A DNA stretch of 64,000 bases from Trichomonas gallinae (taxonomy: Eukaryota). The notes below the pieces were generated by a model. That model had not been told where the DNA came from. It saw only the letters and a list, made by a program, of their open reading frames with translations, and made no database searches. Position 1 is the stretch's first letter, and each line of letters begins with the position of its first letter. Below are positions 1 through 10,799 of this stretch, piece after piece. A program made the translations under genes and the position numbers. The stretch covers positions 1 to 64,000 of the forward strand of contig MRSU01004726.1 of assembly GCA_008369845.1 (NCBI GenBank), read 5' to 3'.

Positions 1-880
1 TGAATTTGTTTCTTGAATAGTAACAGGATTCCCTGATGAAAGTTCATCGACTTTGTTTTTGTAAATGAAGCAGTTTTCAATAAGAAACATAGTATTATAT
101 TTGTTGTAAAACAGTGAAGGGCTTGAATTTAATTAATTAATTAAAAACACAGAGACTTATATTGAGATCAGTGTAACAATTATCAACAATGTCATAATTA
201 TCAACAACTTTATTGTGAGTGTTCTGTATGACATTGCAGTGTGAAACAAATTATTTATTATAATTATGAAGCATGATGCAACTTTTGTCAGCAGTGTTGT
301 TGAAGATTGAAGTAAAATTAATAATGCGGGATGATGGATTTTAGCAATTATAAGCAGCATTGAATGTGTAATATGTGTGAGAAATATTTGTAGAAGAGAT
401 TTTCTGCTCATTTTTCAAAACGAATAGAGCTAGAATAGTCTCTGCATTGAGAAACTGAGCATTCAATAACATAGTTTTCTTCTTCAGTATCAGTTTCAAA
501 ATATGAGTGAGAAAGCGAATTCTCCTTCTTCGAAAGGTGTTGATGAATTGATGCTGCAAATATGGTATTGGATGCATGAGTCATATTTCGCGTAGATAGA
601 TCCGCCTTTTGCTTCGGATCTTGAGTGAGAAAATAAAGTTTCGGAGGTTAAAACGTTTTTATTGGCGGAATTCTCGATTCGAATGGCAACAGTTGTGTTA
701 AAATCGTGGATTATGACGTGCAAGACGTAGATGTCGCCGGTTGTGTATATAAATGTAGAGTTTTTATAAACCTTGCTTGGTTCTGGCTTTGGACCAACAA
801 ATCGGTCTCAAATTGCATCATATTCATGTAGGGCAAAAGATGGAGACAAAAATGGCTTAAAATTGACTAAAGACTCTCAT
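1..880 (-). pseudogene. Decayed gene of a trichomonad Cys/Asn-rich (beta-helix/Pmp-like) protein family; may run off the left edge
   Basis: The minus strand reads SFALHEYDAI*DRFVGPKPEPSKVYKNSTF...NVLTSETLFSHSRSEAKGGSIYAKYDSCIQYHIC (ORF 496..723 extended upstream through a TGA), then shifts frame repeatedly (ISH...AAYNC, FNNTADKSC). It resembles the genes at 10800-11825, 12778-13782 and 38340-38870. Confidence 0.6.
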
Positions 881-985
881 TTTTATTTCGTTATTTTGCC
901 ACTTTTTACATGTCTTATTTGTCGCGTAAAGAAAAATAAATTAGGGGTTAGTTGATCAGACCCAATTTTAATAAAAATTTTAGAA

Positions 986-2097
986 ATGGATCCAATAGTA
1001 TTGATTATTGGCATTTATTTCTTTATTGTCGTTTTCATTATCTACGTGCTGATATTCGGCAACAAGAAGCTAAATAAGAAAGGCTGTGTTGGCGGCACAT
1101 ATAGATGTTTAACAATTTACGTTCCTGACTTTTTCCAAACATTGCTGCAAGAATTGCTTCCAAAAAGATATAAAAACTTGAAACATGAAGACTGTCTTGG
1201 CACTGAAGGACCTTTTAAATATTCTATCCTTCTCTTCTTCATTTTTATATATTCTTACTTCGTTAGCATCTACTTTAAGTTCTGCTACATCGATATCAAG
1301 TATATCTATAAAGATCCAATGCAACATATTAAAATTCTATTTGCAGTTTTACCATTTCCGTGGATTTTCACAGCAATTCTTCATTTTGCAAATCCAGGAG
1401 TGATAACAAAGGAGAATGTTGATGCATATCTCGAGCTATATCCTTATGATTACGTTTTATATTCACCTAAAGAATGCACAACACTCAAAATACCGGTTGT
1501 TCCACGTTCAAGGTTTGACAGATATACAAATAGAAGAATAGCGTATGTATTTTATTACAAATCAGCCAAACTTTAAAATATTTGGCTGAATTGCAATTTT
1601 TTTTTTTCGAAATACTAACACACAGAAAGTACGACCATTACTGTCCTTGGGTTTTGGCTCCAATTGGTGAACGCACACAAAGGTATTTTGTTGCGTTCCT
1701 AATTTCAACATCAATCACAGCAATAGTTTATACTGTGTCGTATTTTAACTATCTTAGGTACAACTTCAATGAATTGGTTAAAATCGGATTCGTTAAATTA
1801 ACAAATTCATATTACATGAACTTTGCAACTGCTGTTCGAACGATGATCTTGCACTACAAGATGGTCACATCTACAGGAATCGCCCTGTTTCTCATTTTCC
1901 TGATGCTACTATTTTTCACCATTCAGCAATGCTACTATATCTCGCATAACATCATGCAGATTGAACTTGATAAGATTGAAATTGAAGAACGCAGAAGAAT
2001 CAAGCAACACAATATTGATCCTGTACTGAATATTTACGATAAAGGTTTCTTCGGCAACTGGTTTGAATGTCTGTTCCCTCCTACGCCTAAAGTCTAA
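986..2097 (+). CDS. DHHC-type (DHYC variant) palmitoyl acyltransferase, Swf1/ZDHHC4-like; 2 exons (986-1542, 1626-2097), ~342 aa
   Basis: Removing intron 1543-1625 joins ORFs 986..1576 and 1582..2097 in frame: ...RRIA|KYDHYCPW...IGERTQRYF. There are multiple TM helices, an NPG motif and a C-terminal NIYDKGFFGNW motif typical of DHHC enzymes. Confidence 0.9.
1543..1625 (+). other. Spliceosomal intron (83 nt, phase 2)
   Basis: 5' GTATGT at 1543 and a fused branch point/3' splice site ACTAACACACAG at 1614-1625, the conserved trichomonad intron signature. Splicing restores the reading frame. Confidence 0.93.
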
Positions 2098-2495
2098 AAA
2101 TACTAAACTATATGTTTGAACTCCAATTTTGAATTCGCTTTTCAAAGGATTTGAATAAGAACTTTCATCTTCATCCTATTTAAAAAATATTTCTTTAACA
2201 TTATTATTCTGTATAAAACAGTCAGATGCATAAAAACAATCAACAGGGAATGCAATAAAGCCATGAGTATTTTTTCCGGTTTCATGTATTTAGGCTAAAT
2301 GGTAAAATACACATTTGTCAACTTTATTGATATATTTTTTTGCAAATTTTTTTATATGAATCAAAAATAAATTTAATAAAATGAGCAAAAAATCAGCGAT
2401 TTAGATAAAATACAAGACACCGATAATGCTTGTGAAGTAGAATAAAATATGAAAAAACAAGCTAAAAAGTGACGATTAGATCCAAAAAGTGACAA

Positions 2496-5400
2496 ATGGG
2501 GTGCTTTTCTCAAAATCACGAAGAAATTGAACGAATTTTTTATGCAGGAGTTAGATCCAAAGATAAGCACCATACGAACAATAAGATTGTCAACTCAAAA
2601 TACACTTGGTACTCTTTTTTGTTTATAATTTTCTTCAATCACATTCGGCGCTTCATGAATTTTTATTTCTTCCTCATAGGCACCTTGCAATCATTCAGAC
2701 AACTCTCGCCAGTCAATCCTTGGACAACATGGATCCCGATTATCTTCATTTTCTCATTCACGATTTTCAGAGAAGGTTATGATGACCTTAAAATACACGA
2801 ATCGGACAACGAAATCAACGGGCGTAAATATACTGCAATTGTTGAAGGCCAACGAAAAGAAATAAAATCTGAAGAATTTCATGTTGGAGATATAATCGTT
2901 TTACAGCGTGATAAAGAATGTCCCGCCGATATAATCATGATTGGATCTTCGGAAAATGACGGAAGTTGTTCGATTGAAACAGCAAATCTTGATGGAGAAA
3001 CAAACTTAAAAGAAAGACTGGCATTGCCAACATTTAAAGGTGTACCACTAGAAAACATTCACAGTTTGAATGCAAAAATTACCTGCCAACCTCCAAATCA
3101 GGAGCTATACAACTTTTCAGGAAAAATCCATTATAACAACAAAAATCAGTCAATTTCTAGCAACAATTTCATTCAATCAGGTACATACTTGCGAAATACT
3201 AACGAAATATACGGAATTGTCGCTTTTGCAGGCCCACAAACAAAATTAGGAATGAATAGTAATAAACCAATTAACAAATGGACAAAAATCGAGAAATTAT
3301 TCAACAAAGTATCCATAGGTGTTTTCATCTCCCAAATTATTTTAGCTCTCGGCTGCGGAACATTTGGAAATTATTATCAAGTCGCACATATGAGAGATTT
3401 CGCATATTTGGAGATCGACTCTTATACTCCAAAGGATTGGGTTGTTCTTTACGTCAGATTCTTCTTATTAACATCAACAATGATTCCAATTTCTCTCAGA
3501 GTCACTTTAGATATTTGTAAGTTTATCTACAAGATATGGATCCAGCTGGATAACAAGATGACAGTAGATAAAAGAAGTGTTGGCGGTGAAATTTTACACT
3601 CGAAATGTTCAAACTCTTCTGTTATCGAAGATTTAGGAGCCATTGATTATATTTTTACAGATAAAACAGGTACATTAACTGAAAACCAAATGGAACTGAA
3701 GAAATGGTCCGTGAAAGGTTTATTATACGGATATTCTGCAGATAGCGAAACAATTTACGAAGATACAATGCTTACAAATGCTTTCCTCAACAATGATCCT
3801 AATGTTCTCGCTTTGGTTCGCAATATTGCTTTATGTCATACTCTAAAAATCGAAGATTCGAAGCCAATTGGCATCTCACCGGAAGAAATAGCATTCATAA
3901 ACGGTCTGACAAAGCTTGGAATCTCTTTAACACAAGAAGGAAAAGTTTTCACGATTGCAAGTCCAACATTGAACATTAAACCAGTTCATTATGAGATCCT
4001 ATTCACTATACCATTCAACTACTACAGAAAGAGAATGTCTGTTATCGTCAAAGATATTTCTACAGGTCAATATCTTTTATTAACGAAAGGAGCTGGCGAA
4101 TTTGTTGGCAAGAACTGTGCAGCAGATAAGCAGATTGAAAATTTCGACATGCAAATGTATCAACTCGCTGGAATGGGGTTAAGAGTTATGGCGCATTCGC
4201 AACGCGAGCTTTCTGAATCAGAATACACGCAATTTATTGCAAGAGTCGAAGAAATTCGCTCAGATTTCAGCCATCGCGAAAAGAAAGAAGGTCAACTGTT
4301 CGATGAAATTGAAATTAATTCAGAACTTATCGGTTTAACTGCAATTGAAGACAAATTACAGCAAGGAGTCCCAGAGACAATATCAATGCTCCGTGACGCT
4401 GGAATCAAAGTATGGATGGTTACTGGTGATATTTTGCAAACTGCAATTAAAATTTCATTCTCAACACAGCTCATTCAAAATGATGGTAAGATCCTTGATT
4501 TGAGCCGTAAAAACATCCCAGTTTCTGAAATGCTTCACAATGCTTTGTTATATGTTAGATCTGAGTTGTCAAAGAATCCTAATTTCATTTACTACCTTAC
4601 AATACAAGGAGCAACCCAACAAGCCTCACTTCCTGAGCTTCTTTCTCCAGAATTAGTTGATGAATTTAGAGAATTAGCTTCAAATGCCAAATGCGTCATT
4701 GTTTCTCGCGCAACGCCATCTCAGAAGGCTGAAATCGTCAATTGCATCAAATCTGCGAATAAAACAGTTCTTTCGATCGGAGATGGCGGCAATGACGTCC
4801 CAATGATCAGAGCTGCACACATTGGTGTTGGCATACAAGGCAAAGAAGGAAATCAGGCTTCATCTGCCGCAGATTTTACTTTGCATCAATTCAGATTCCT
4901 TCAACGTCTTCTTTTAGTCCATGGAAGATATTCAGCATACAGAACATCATGGCTTGCGCAGTTTTGTTTGTACAAATCCACATTAGTTTGCTTAATCCAA
5001 GTATTATACATGTTTGCAAACGGATACAGCGCTTCCAGCTTCTTCAACAGCTTCAACTTGATGTGCTACAACGCTATTTTCACCATCTTGCCTGTTATTT
5101 TCTTCCTTCAAGATAAAGATATCGAAGAAAGCTCAGTTTTCTTGCATCCTTACGTTTACCAGGACTCCCAGCACTCCATTTTCTGCAACAAGAGGACCCT
5201 CTTCTGGTGGTACGTCAGAGGAGTCTATCAAGCGATAATTATAACAATTATCTGGTATTTCGTTTTCACCGAGCACCACGCTAACAATGTTGATGGAAAT
5301 GCAGCCAGCTTGGATGAAGCACAACAAGTTGTCTACAGTGCTTTGATTTTGATTGTTTTATTGACAGTTACATTAGAAACAATGCATTTCACGGCTTTGA

Positions 5401-5786
5401 ACTTAATCTTCATATGGGGCAGCTGGATTCTCTATGTATTCTTCGCTGTTGTCGCAAGTTCTATCGATTCCATTGAAATGCTCAAAGATATGTATCTTGT
5501 CATGTGGAGAACAACAGCAAATCCAATCCACTGGTGCTCCGTCATCACCATGGTCTCGTCAGCTATCGCGCCGCCGTTCTTCGTCCAGGCTATCTCATCT
5601 ATGGTTGCGCCAACAAGAACGCAAATCATCAGAAAGAACGAAACAGTGAAAAGATCTGTTTTTGAGCCTGTTTACTTGGTTTCCCGCGAACATGATAGAG
5701 ATGACAGGAGGCTGCTCACGACTATGTACAATCCAATGTCTTATTGGGATATGAACGATTCGATTTGCTGCGATATGCATTGTTAG
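2496..5786 (+). CDS. P4-type ATPase (phospholipid flippase), 1096 aa
   Basis: Motifs NLDGET, PISL, DKTGTLT, TGD, GDGGND and LLVHGR. The SPVNP..TW and HGRYS motifs resemble the plant ALA2-type subclass. Confidence 0.95.
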   Translation: MGCFSQNHEEIERIFYAGVRSKDKHHTNNKIVNSKYTWYSFLFIIFFNHIRRFMNFYFFLIGTLQSFRQLSPVNPWTTWIPIIFIFSFTIFREGYDDLKIHESDNEINGRKYTAIVEGQRKEIKSEEFHVGDIIVLQRDKECPADIIMIGSSENDGSCSIETANLDGETNLKERLALPTFKGVPLENIHSLNAKITCQPPNQELYNFSGKIHYNNKNQSISSNNFIQSGTYLRNTNEIYGIVAFAGPQTKLGMNSNKPINKWTKIEKLFNKVSIGVFISQIILALGCGTFGNYYQVAHMRDFAYLEIDSYTPKDWVVLYVRFFLLTSTMIPISLRVTLDICKFIYKIWIQLDNKMTVDKRSVGGEILHSKCSNSSVIEDLGAIDYIFTDKTGTLTENQMELKKWSVKGLLYGYSADSETIYEDTMLTNAFLNNDPNVLALVRNIALCHTLKIEDSKPIGISPEEIAFINGLTKLGISLTQEGKVFTIASPTLNIKPVHYEILFTIPFNYYRKRMSVIVKDISTGQYLLLTKGAGEFVGKNCAADKQIENFDMQMYQLAGMGLRVMAHSQRELSESEYTQFIARVEEIRSDFSHREKKEGQLFDEIEINSELIGLTAIEDKLQQGVPETISMLRDAGIKVWMVTGDILQTAIKISFSTQLIQNDGKILDLSRKNIPVSEMLHNALLYVRSELSKNPNFIYYLTIQGATQQASLPELLSPELVDEFRELASNAKCVIVSRATPSQKAEIVNCIKSANKTVLSIGDGGNDVPMIRAAHIGVGIQGKEGNQASSAADFTLHQFRFLQRLLLVHGRYSAYRTSWLAQFCLYKSTLVCLIQVLYMFANGYSASSFFNSFNLMCYNAIFTILPVIFFLQDKDIEESSVFLHPYVYQDSQHSIFCNKRTLFWWYVRGVYQAIIITIIWYFVFTEHHANNVDGNAASLDEAQQVVYSALILIVLLTVTLETMHFTALNLIFIWGSWILYVFFAVVASSIDSIEMLKDMYLVMWRTTANPIHWCSVITMVSSAIAPPFFVQAISSMVAPTRTQIIRKNETVKRSVFEPVYLVSREHDRDDRRLLTTMYNPMSYWDMNDSICCDMHC

Positions 5787-6127
5787 CTTATTATTTTTGT
5801 TTTAAATAATTCATTTTTTCTGTAATATTCACTCCATTGTTTATTTTCACATTTTGATCGAAGATTTATTTTTATCAAAACCAAAATATTTCAAATTCAG
5901 CAATCATCACACTAGAATTAGATTTTATAATAGAAATATTTACTATTACATGCAATCTAATTCACAAATCACTATTTTTTCATATTGAAATATTTGTTCA
6001 AACTCAAAAAATTGATTTCAAACAATAAGAAGCATAATATTATATTTAGATAATTCAATATATGATAAATAATATAATAAAATATGCAATTTCTCTATAC
6101 ACATCAATTTCATTTTTTCAAATATGA

Positions 6128-6560
6128 TTTAAAACTATACTGAGAGAGAAATTGCATTTTCAAAGCTTATTAGATAGCAAATATACCATATAATAGTTTG
6201 ATTAAGATGAAAAATATATTTTGAAAATTAGAAAAATGTGTTTTTTAGCTCATTTAAAGCGAATATTATATTTAAAAATATGCATATATATTATATATTG
6301 TTTCAAATAAGCTTTAATCTATTTTTAAAATTAATTTCGATCTATCAAATATTATTTTAAACTATAGTGAGATTGAAATTATCTTTATAAAGTTTATTAG
6401 ATAACAAATGTACCATATAATAGTTTGATTAAGTTTAATGATATATTTCGATAATTAGAAAATTACATTTTTAAGCTATTTTAGAGTATAAAATATATTT
6501 GAAAAGATGTTTATATATCAAATATCGTATCAAATAGGCTATAATCGCTATAAAAACTAA
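6128..6560. repeat. Diverged tandem duplication, 2 copies, period ~226 bp
   Basis: TACCATATAATAGTTTGATTAAG occurs at 6184 and 6410, and the flanking sequence aligns across both copies. Confidence 0.85.
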
Positions 6561-6702
6561 AAAATTGAATTAATGCCAAACCAAAAGTTCGATATTTTCG
6601 TGTTTTACAGCATATATAGAGTGAATATCGCAGGAAAAACTAGAAAAAGGCGAGTGATAGAAAAATCGACGATTATTTTCGAGTGAATTCCATGTAATAA
6701 AA

Positions 6703-9159
6703 ATGAAGGCTCCTGATTATTATTCGCCGTACGACAAGGACGAGTTTCGGAAGCCGAAGATAATTAAAGCTGAAGATCTGACCTACGAGAAAGTTATCGG
6801 GTCAGGAGGCTTCGGAGAAGTCTGGAAAGGCATATATTTACCTACAAATACGAAAGTTGCTATAAAAAAACTTTTCTCGGATGAATTATCGGAAGAAGCC
6901 ATGGCAGAAATTCATTTACATGCATCTTTAAATCAACAGTTTTTACTGCCATTTGTCGGTTATTCAAATGAAAAGCCTTACAGCATCGTAACACAATATA
7001 TATCTAATGGGTCACTATATGATGCGTTGCATAACCCAAATCCTCAAGTAAACCTTTCACCGACAGATTTAACAATTATTGCATTTGGAATTGCATCAGG
7101 AATGGCTTATATCCATTCTAGAAACATTATCCACAGAGATCTCAAGACATTAAACATATTACTTGACTCACAATTACTACCAAAAATCAGTGATTTTGGT
7201 ATATCATCTTCGAACAAATCAAAAGCAGTCAATCAGGATGTCGGCACTGCTGCCATCATGGCCCCAGAATTGCACAGATTTGAAAAATTTGATCAAACTG
7301 TCGATGTTTATAGTTACGGAATTATTTTATGGGAAATGTTAACGCATGACATACCATTCGCAGATAAAGAACCAGTGCAAATCGTCTACTGTGTTGCCCA
7401 AAAGGGTGAAAGGCCAATTTTACCAACCGATGTTCCAATACCTTTAATGAAGCTAATAACTTCATGTTGGGCTGAAGATCCTAAGCAGAGACCGGCATTT
7501 TCTGAAATTTGTGCTAAATTTTTGTCCGGAGAAGTTTCATTTAGAGGATCTAATCCAGCAGCTTTCAAAAGATATCTACAGAACTTCCAAATTGCTACAG
7601 TTTCGGATTCATTCCAATCGCCTGTCGAATTTGTCTTCCCAGATACGAATCTTTTCCCACCATCAGAATTGAAGCTGAAAAATGGCATAATTTCTGGAAT
7701 TCAGTTCGAAATACCTCAAATGACAACAGATGAAGTCATTGAGATCCTTTCTGTCTCAGATCATCCTCGTTTTGAGGAAGTTTTAGATTTCATCGAAGAA
7801 CATATGTCGGTTATTGATGAAATTGGAGAAAAGTTCTGGCCTTTGTTTTTACCACTCATTAACTCCAACCATTATAAGTCAATTGATAGAATTGTCAACA
7901 TATTATTATATGCCGCAAAGAAGAGATCACTTTTGCAACATATCGTTAAAGTACCTAACCCATATATATACCTCCAACCAAAATCACTCGAAATCTTTTT
8001 ATATGCAGTGACTTATTATCCACAAATTGCAGATACAATGTTTGTCATGCATCTTCAGGTTCTTTTGCTTAAAGCAGCGCCTGAGGATAGATTCAAATCA
8101 ATCACAATTCTATGTAAAATCATAGAAAAGACCCAAGATCCAGAAATCAAAGTTCAAATTGTGGAATTCTTATTTTCAGCATCAGATAAGTTCATTTCTG
8201 AGCCATCTGGACTCTTAGCACTCAAAACTGTCGTTGTTTACAAGACTGAAGAAATTAATGAAAATGATCTTGGCGCTGTTTGCCTTAAATACCTAAGTTC
8301 AAAGGTTACAGAGAACATAGTAACAGCATATCAAGTAATTTCATGCTTCCCTCGCTGCTGCAATATTCCGATTCCATTAATCTACGAACATCTTCAGCGC
8401 AAAGAGATAACAATTGTTAATTTAGCCATCGAAGCTCTTAGAATATCACTGCACATTGATGATATCGAAGAAGTTTCACAAACAGTTTTAGAATTATTGA
8501 ATTGTTATCTTAATTCTCATCAAAACAGAGCTTTGTTGCTGATATTCGCTTTAGCTGATACAAGTCTTGAAGCGGGAGCATCAGCAATCCAAGTTTTCTT
8601 CCAAGAAGCAATTTGTTCAGCAATCTTTTCGATTGCTGATGACACAGCACCAGATCTGATGCCACTTATTGTCCTTTTGTTCAGAGTTCATTTAGCTTTC
8701 TTCATGAATCACCCAATTTTGCCAAGATTCACGAATTCAATTTTCAGATTCGGCGACAACGAAGCTTTCTGCGTCATGTGCCAGATTATATCTCATTTCA
8801 AGCTCGACCAAGACATGGCAAACACATTTGATACATCAGGAGCCTTAGAAACTCTCAGTTTGAGAGTTGCAAAGACAAAATCCTCTTCTGTCGTCGAATA
8901 CGGCTCATTGGTTATATCTGTCTTCCTCCAGTTTATCTATGTGCCGGCCTTCGACCTCTGCATTCCTTCTTTGGCCACACAAGTCAGGACTATGAAGAAG
9001 CTGGCCCCTAATTCTCTCGTAGCATTGAATAAGATGACAATTTATCCTCAGGCAGTCGAAGAGATGAAGAGGACTCATGTCATCGACTCGCTGAGAGTTA
9101 TAGCGAACCTCAAAGAGGCACAGAACATATTGAAACCATTGATGGAGAAACTCGCATAA
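6703..9159 (+). CDS. TKL-group protein kinase with a long alpha-helical (ARM/HEAT-like) C-terminal region, 818 aa
   Basis: Motifs GSGGFG, VAIK, HRDLKTLN, DFG, APE, DVYSYGIILWE and CW...RP. Confidence 0.93.
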   Translation: MKAPDYYSPYDKDEFRKPKIIKAEDLTYEKVIGSGGFGEVWKGIYLPTNTKVAIKKLFSDELSEEAMAEIHLHASLNQQFLLPFVGYSNEKPYSIVTQYISNGSLYDALHNPNPQVNLSPTDLTIIAFGIASGMAYIHSRNIIHRDLKTLNILLDSQLLPKISDFGISSSNKSKAVNQDVGTAAIMAPELHRFEKFDQTVDVYSYGIILWEMLTHDIPFADKEPVQIVYCVAQKGERPILPTDVPIPLMKLITSCWAEDPKQRPAFSEICAKFLSGEVSFRGSNPAAFKRYLQNFQIATVSDSFQSPVEFVFPDTNLFPPSELKLKNGIISGIQFEIPQMTTDEVIEILSVSDHPRFEEVLDFIEEHMSVIDEIGEKFWPLFLPLINSNHYKSIDRIVNILLYAAKKRSLLQHIVKVPNPYIYLQPKSLEIFLYAVTYYPQIADTMFVMHLQVLLLKAAPEDRFKSITILCKIIEKTQDPEIKVQIVEFLFSASDKFISEPSGLLALKTVVVYKTEEINENDLGAVCLKYLSSKVTENIVTAYQVISCFPRCCNIPIPLIYEHLQRKEITIVNLAIEALRISLHIDDIEEVSQTVLELLNCYLNSHQNRALLLIFALADTSLEAGASAIQVFFQEAICSAIFSIADDTAPDLMPLIVLLFRVHLAFFMNHPILPRFTNSIFRFGDNEAFCVMCQIISHFKLDQDMANTFDTSGALETLSLRVAKTKSSSVVEYGSLVISVFLQFIYVPAFDLCIPSLATQVRTMKKLAPNSLVALNKMTIYPQAVEEMKRTHVIDSLRVIANLKEAQNILKPLMEKLA

Positions 9160-9571
9160 TTTTTTTTATAGTTTTTCTTTTTATTAGTGTTATATTGTTT
9201 TATTGAATGAATTATAAACGCAATTAATGTTTGTTGTATTGTTAAATATCACTCCTTATTTTCTTCCTCATCAAAAAAATTATCAAATCTAATTTCAAAT
9301 TTTTGATGTTTTATATATATTCAAAATCAAGAATAGTTGAAAATAAATCATTTGACAATGTAAATCATTTAAAACATATGATAATAATCAAAAGGAAAAA
9401 AATTCTAATGAAAATTATGCGATATTTATTTTTATAAGTCTATGATAATAAATAAGTTTAATTATTTGATGTAAAGTATCAGTTGCTGTATTAGATTTTT
9501 GATATATAGTGAATGAATCTTTTTGTCATGTAAAATAATTTTGCCAAATAAAATGAAATTTTTGTCATTTA

Positions 9572-10420
9572 ATGGCAGATACATCTTATTTAGATAACTA
9601 TTCACCATTCACTGATAAAGATGGATTTGACGAAATGCCTGAAGTTAAAACAGCTAAGAAGCCACTAGTTTCGCCAACAACAATGCAAAAAGAGGACGAA
9701 ATCACACAAGAAATGTTGGACCAAATGGAACAGCGTCTTAATATAATGGAAGAAGATATAAATAACCAAGAGCAGAGAACTGGCAATACTCCTGGATTCC
9801 TTTACGAGCCAGAAGCGAACTGGCCAAGATTTTATCCGCTTGTTCACTTTGACATCAATGAAGTCGATGTTGCGCACCGCCCTTACGTAACAGAAGCGTT
9901 TTTCACTTGGGTTTGCATGACTATCTCATATTTCCTCAATTTCATCGCTTGTCTTTGTTTGCTAAGCACTGGCGATGCAACAGAGTCCCCTGGTACAAAG
10001 ATTACACTATCAGCATTGTATTTCTTCTTCTTTTGTCCGATAGCACTCGATCTTGACGCACTTTCAATCTATCGCGCGCTCAAAACTGCTCCTTCCACAC
10101 TGACATTCACAAAAATCTTTATTTGTCTTGCTTCAACCATCATTTTTGAATTCGTTCTCTTCCTTGGCATGGAAACTTCTGGATCTGTTGGATTAATTAC
10201 GACAATCGACTTATTCGTCAATAAATGTGTTGGAACTGGAATATTTGGAGTATTAGTCTCCATTTGCTTCGGAGTTACAATATTCTTGACATCGAAATTA
10301 TTAATTAAATTATGGAAATTCTTCAGAGGCACAGAAGAAGGTGGCCACATGGATCAGAACCTCAAACTCACTGTTGCACAGTTTGTTGTCGACACCCTCA
10401 AAGGAAATGAACAAAATTAA
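9572..10420 (+). CDS. SCAMP-family (secretory carrier membrane) protein, 282 aa
   Basis: N-terminal coiled coil, NWPRFYPLVHFDI motif and four TM segments with SIYRALK after TM2. Initiator TCATTT at 9565. Confidence 0.8.
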   Translation: MADTSYLDNYSPFTDKDGFDEMPEVKTAKKPLVSPTTMQKEDEITQEMLDQMEQRLNIMEEDINNQEQRTGNTPGFLYEPEANWPRFYPLVHFDINEVDVAHRPYVTEAFFTWVCMTISYFLNFIACLCLLSTGDATESPGTKITLSALYFFFFCPIALDLDALSIYRALKTAPSTLTFTKIFICLASTIIFEFVLFLGMETSGSVGLITTIDLFVNKCVGTGIFGVLVSICFGVTIFLTSKLLIKLWKFFRGTEEGGHMDQNLKLTVAQFVVDTLKGNEQN

Positions 10421-10799
10421 TTTTTCATTCTATAAATCATATTAAAAATGTTTGTATTACTCAAAGAACTATATAAAATACCATCATAGTATTATATGAT
10501 TATCTGATAATAAGCATCAATCTTAATTATTTTGAAAAATATTTTTTTTTTTTAACGCATGGTTATGAAATCTAAATGATGGGAATTGATATTATTTCAT
10601 GAGTATTGATATATCAAATAATCATAATCTTATGAATTTGAAAATTTCAAAATTCAAAATTTAACTTTCTTAAACATAACTAGAAAGGACTTAAAATCAC
10701 CCATTAGTAGTGATATATCAAATGATTCAGATCCTCCTAAAATGGAAATTTCAATATCAATATTTATATATGCATTGGATGCAGCTCAATAAAATAAAT

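Noticed and set aside
986..2097. Two separate genes or a frameshifted pseudogene
   Set aside because: A canonical intron joins them in frame.
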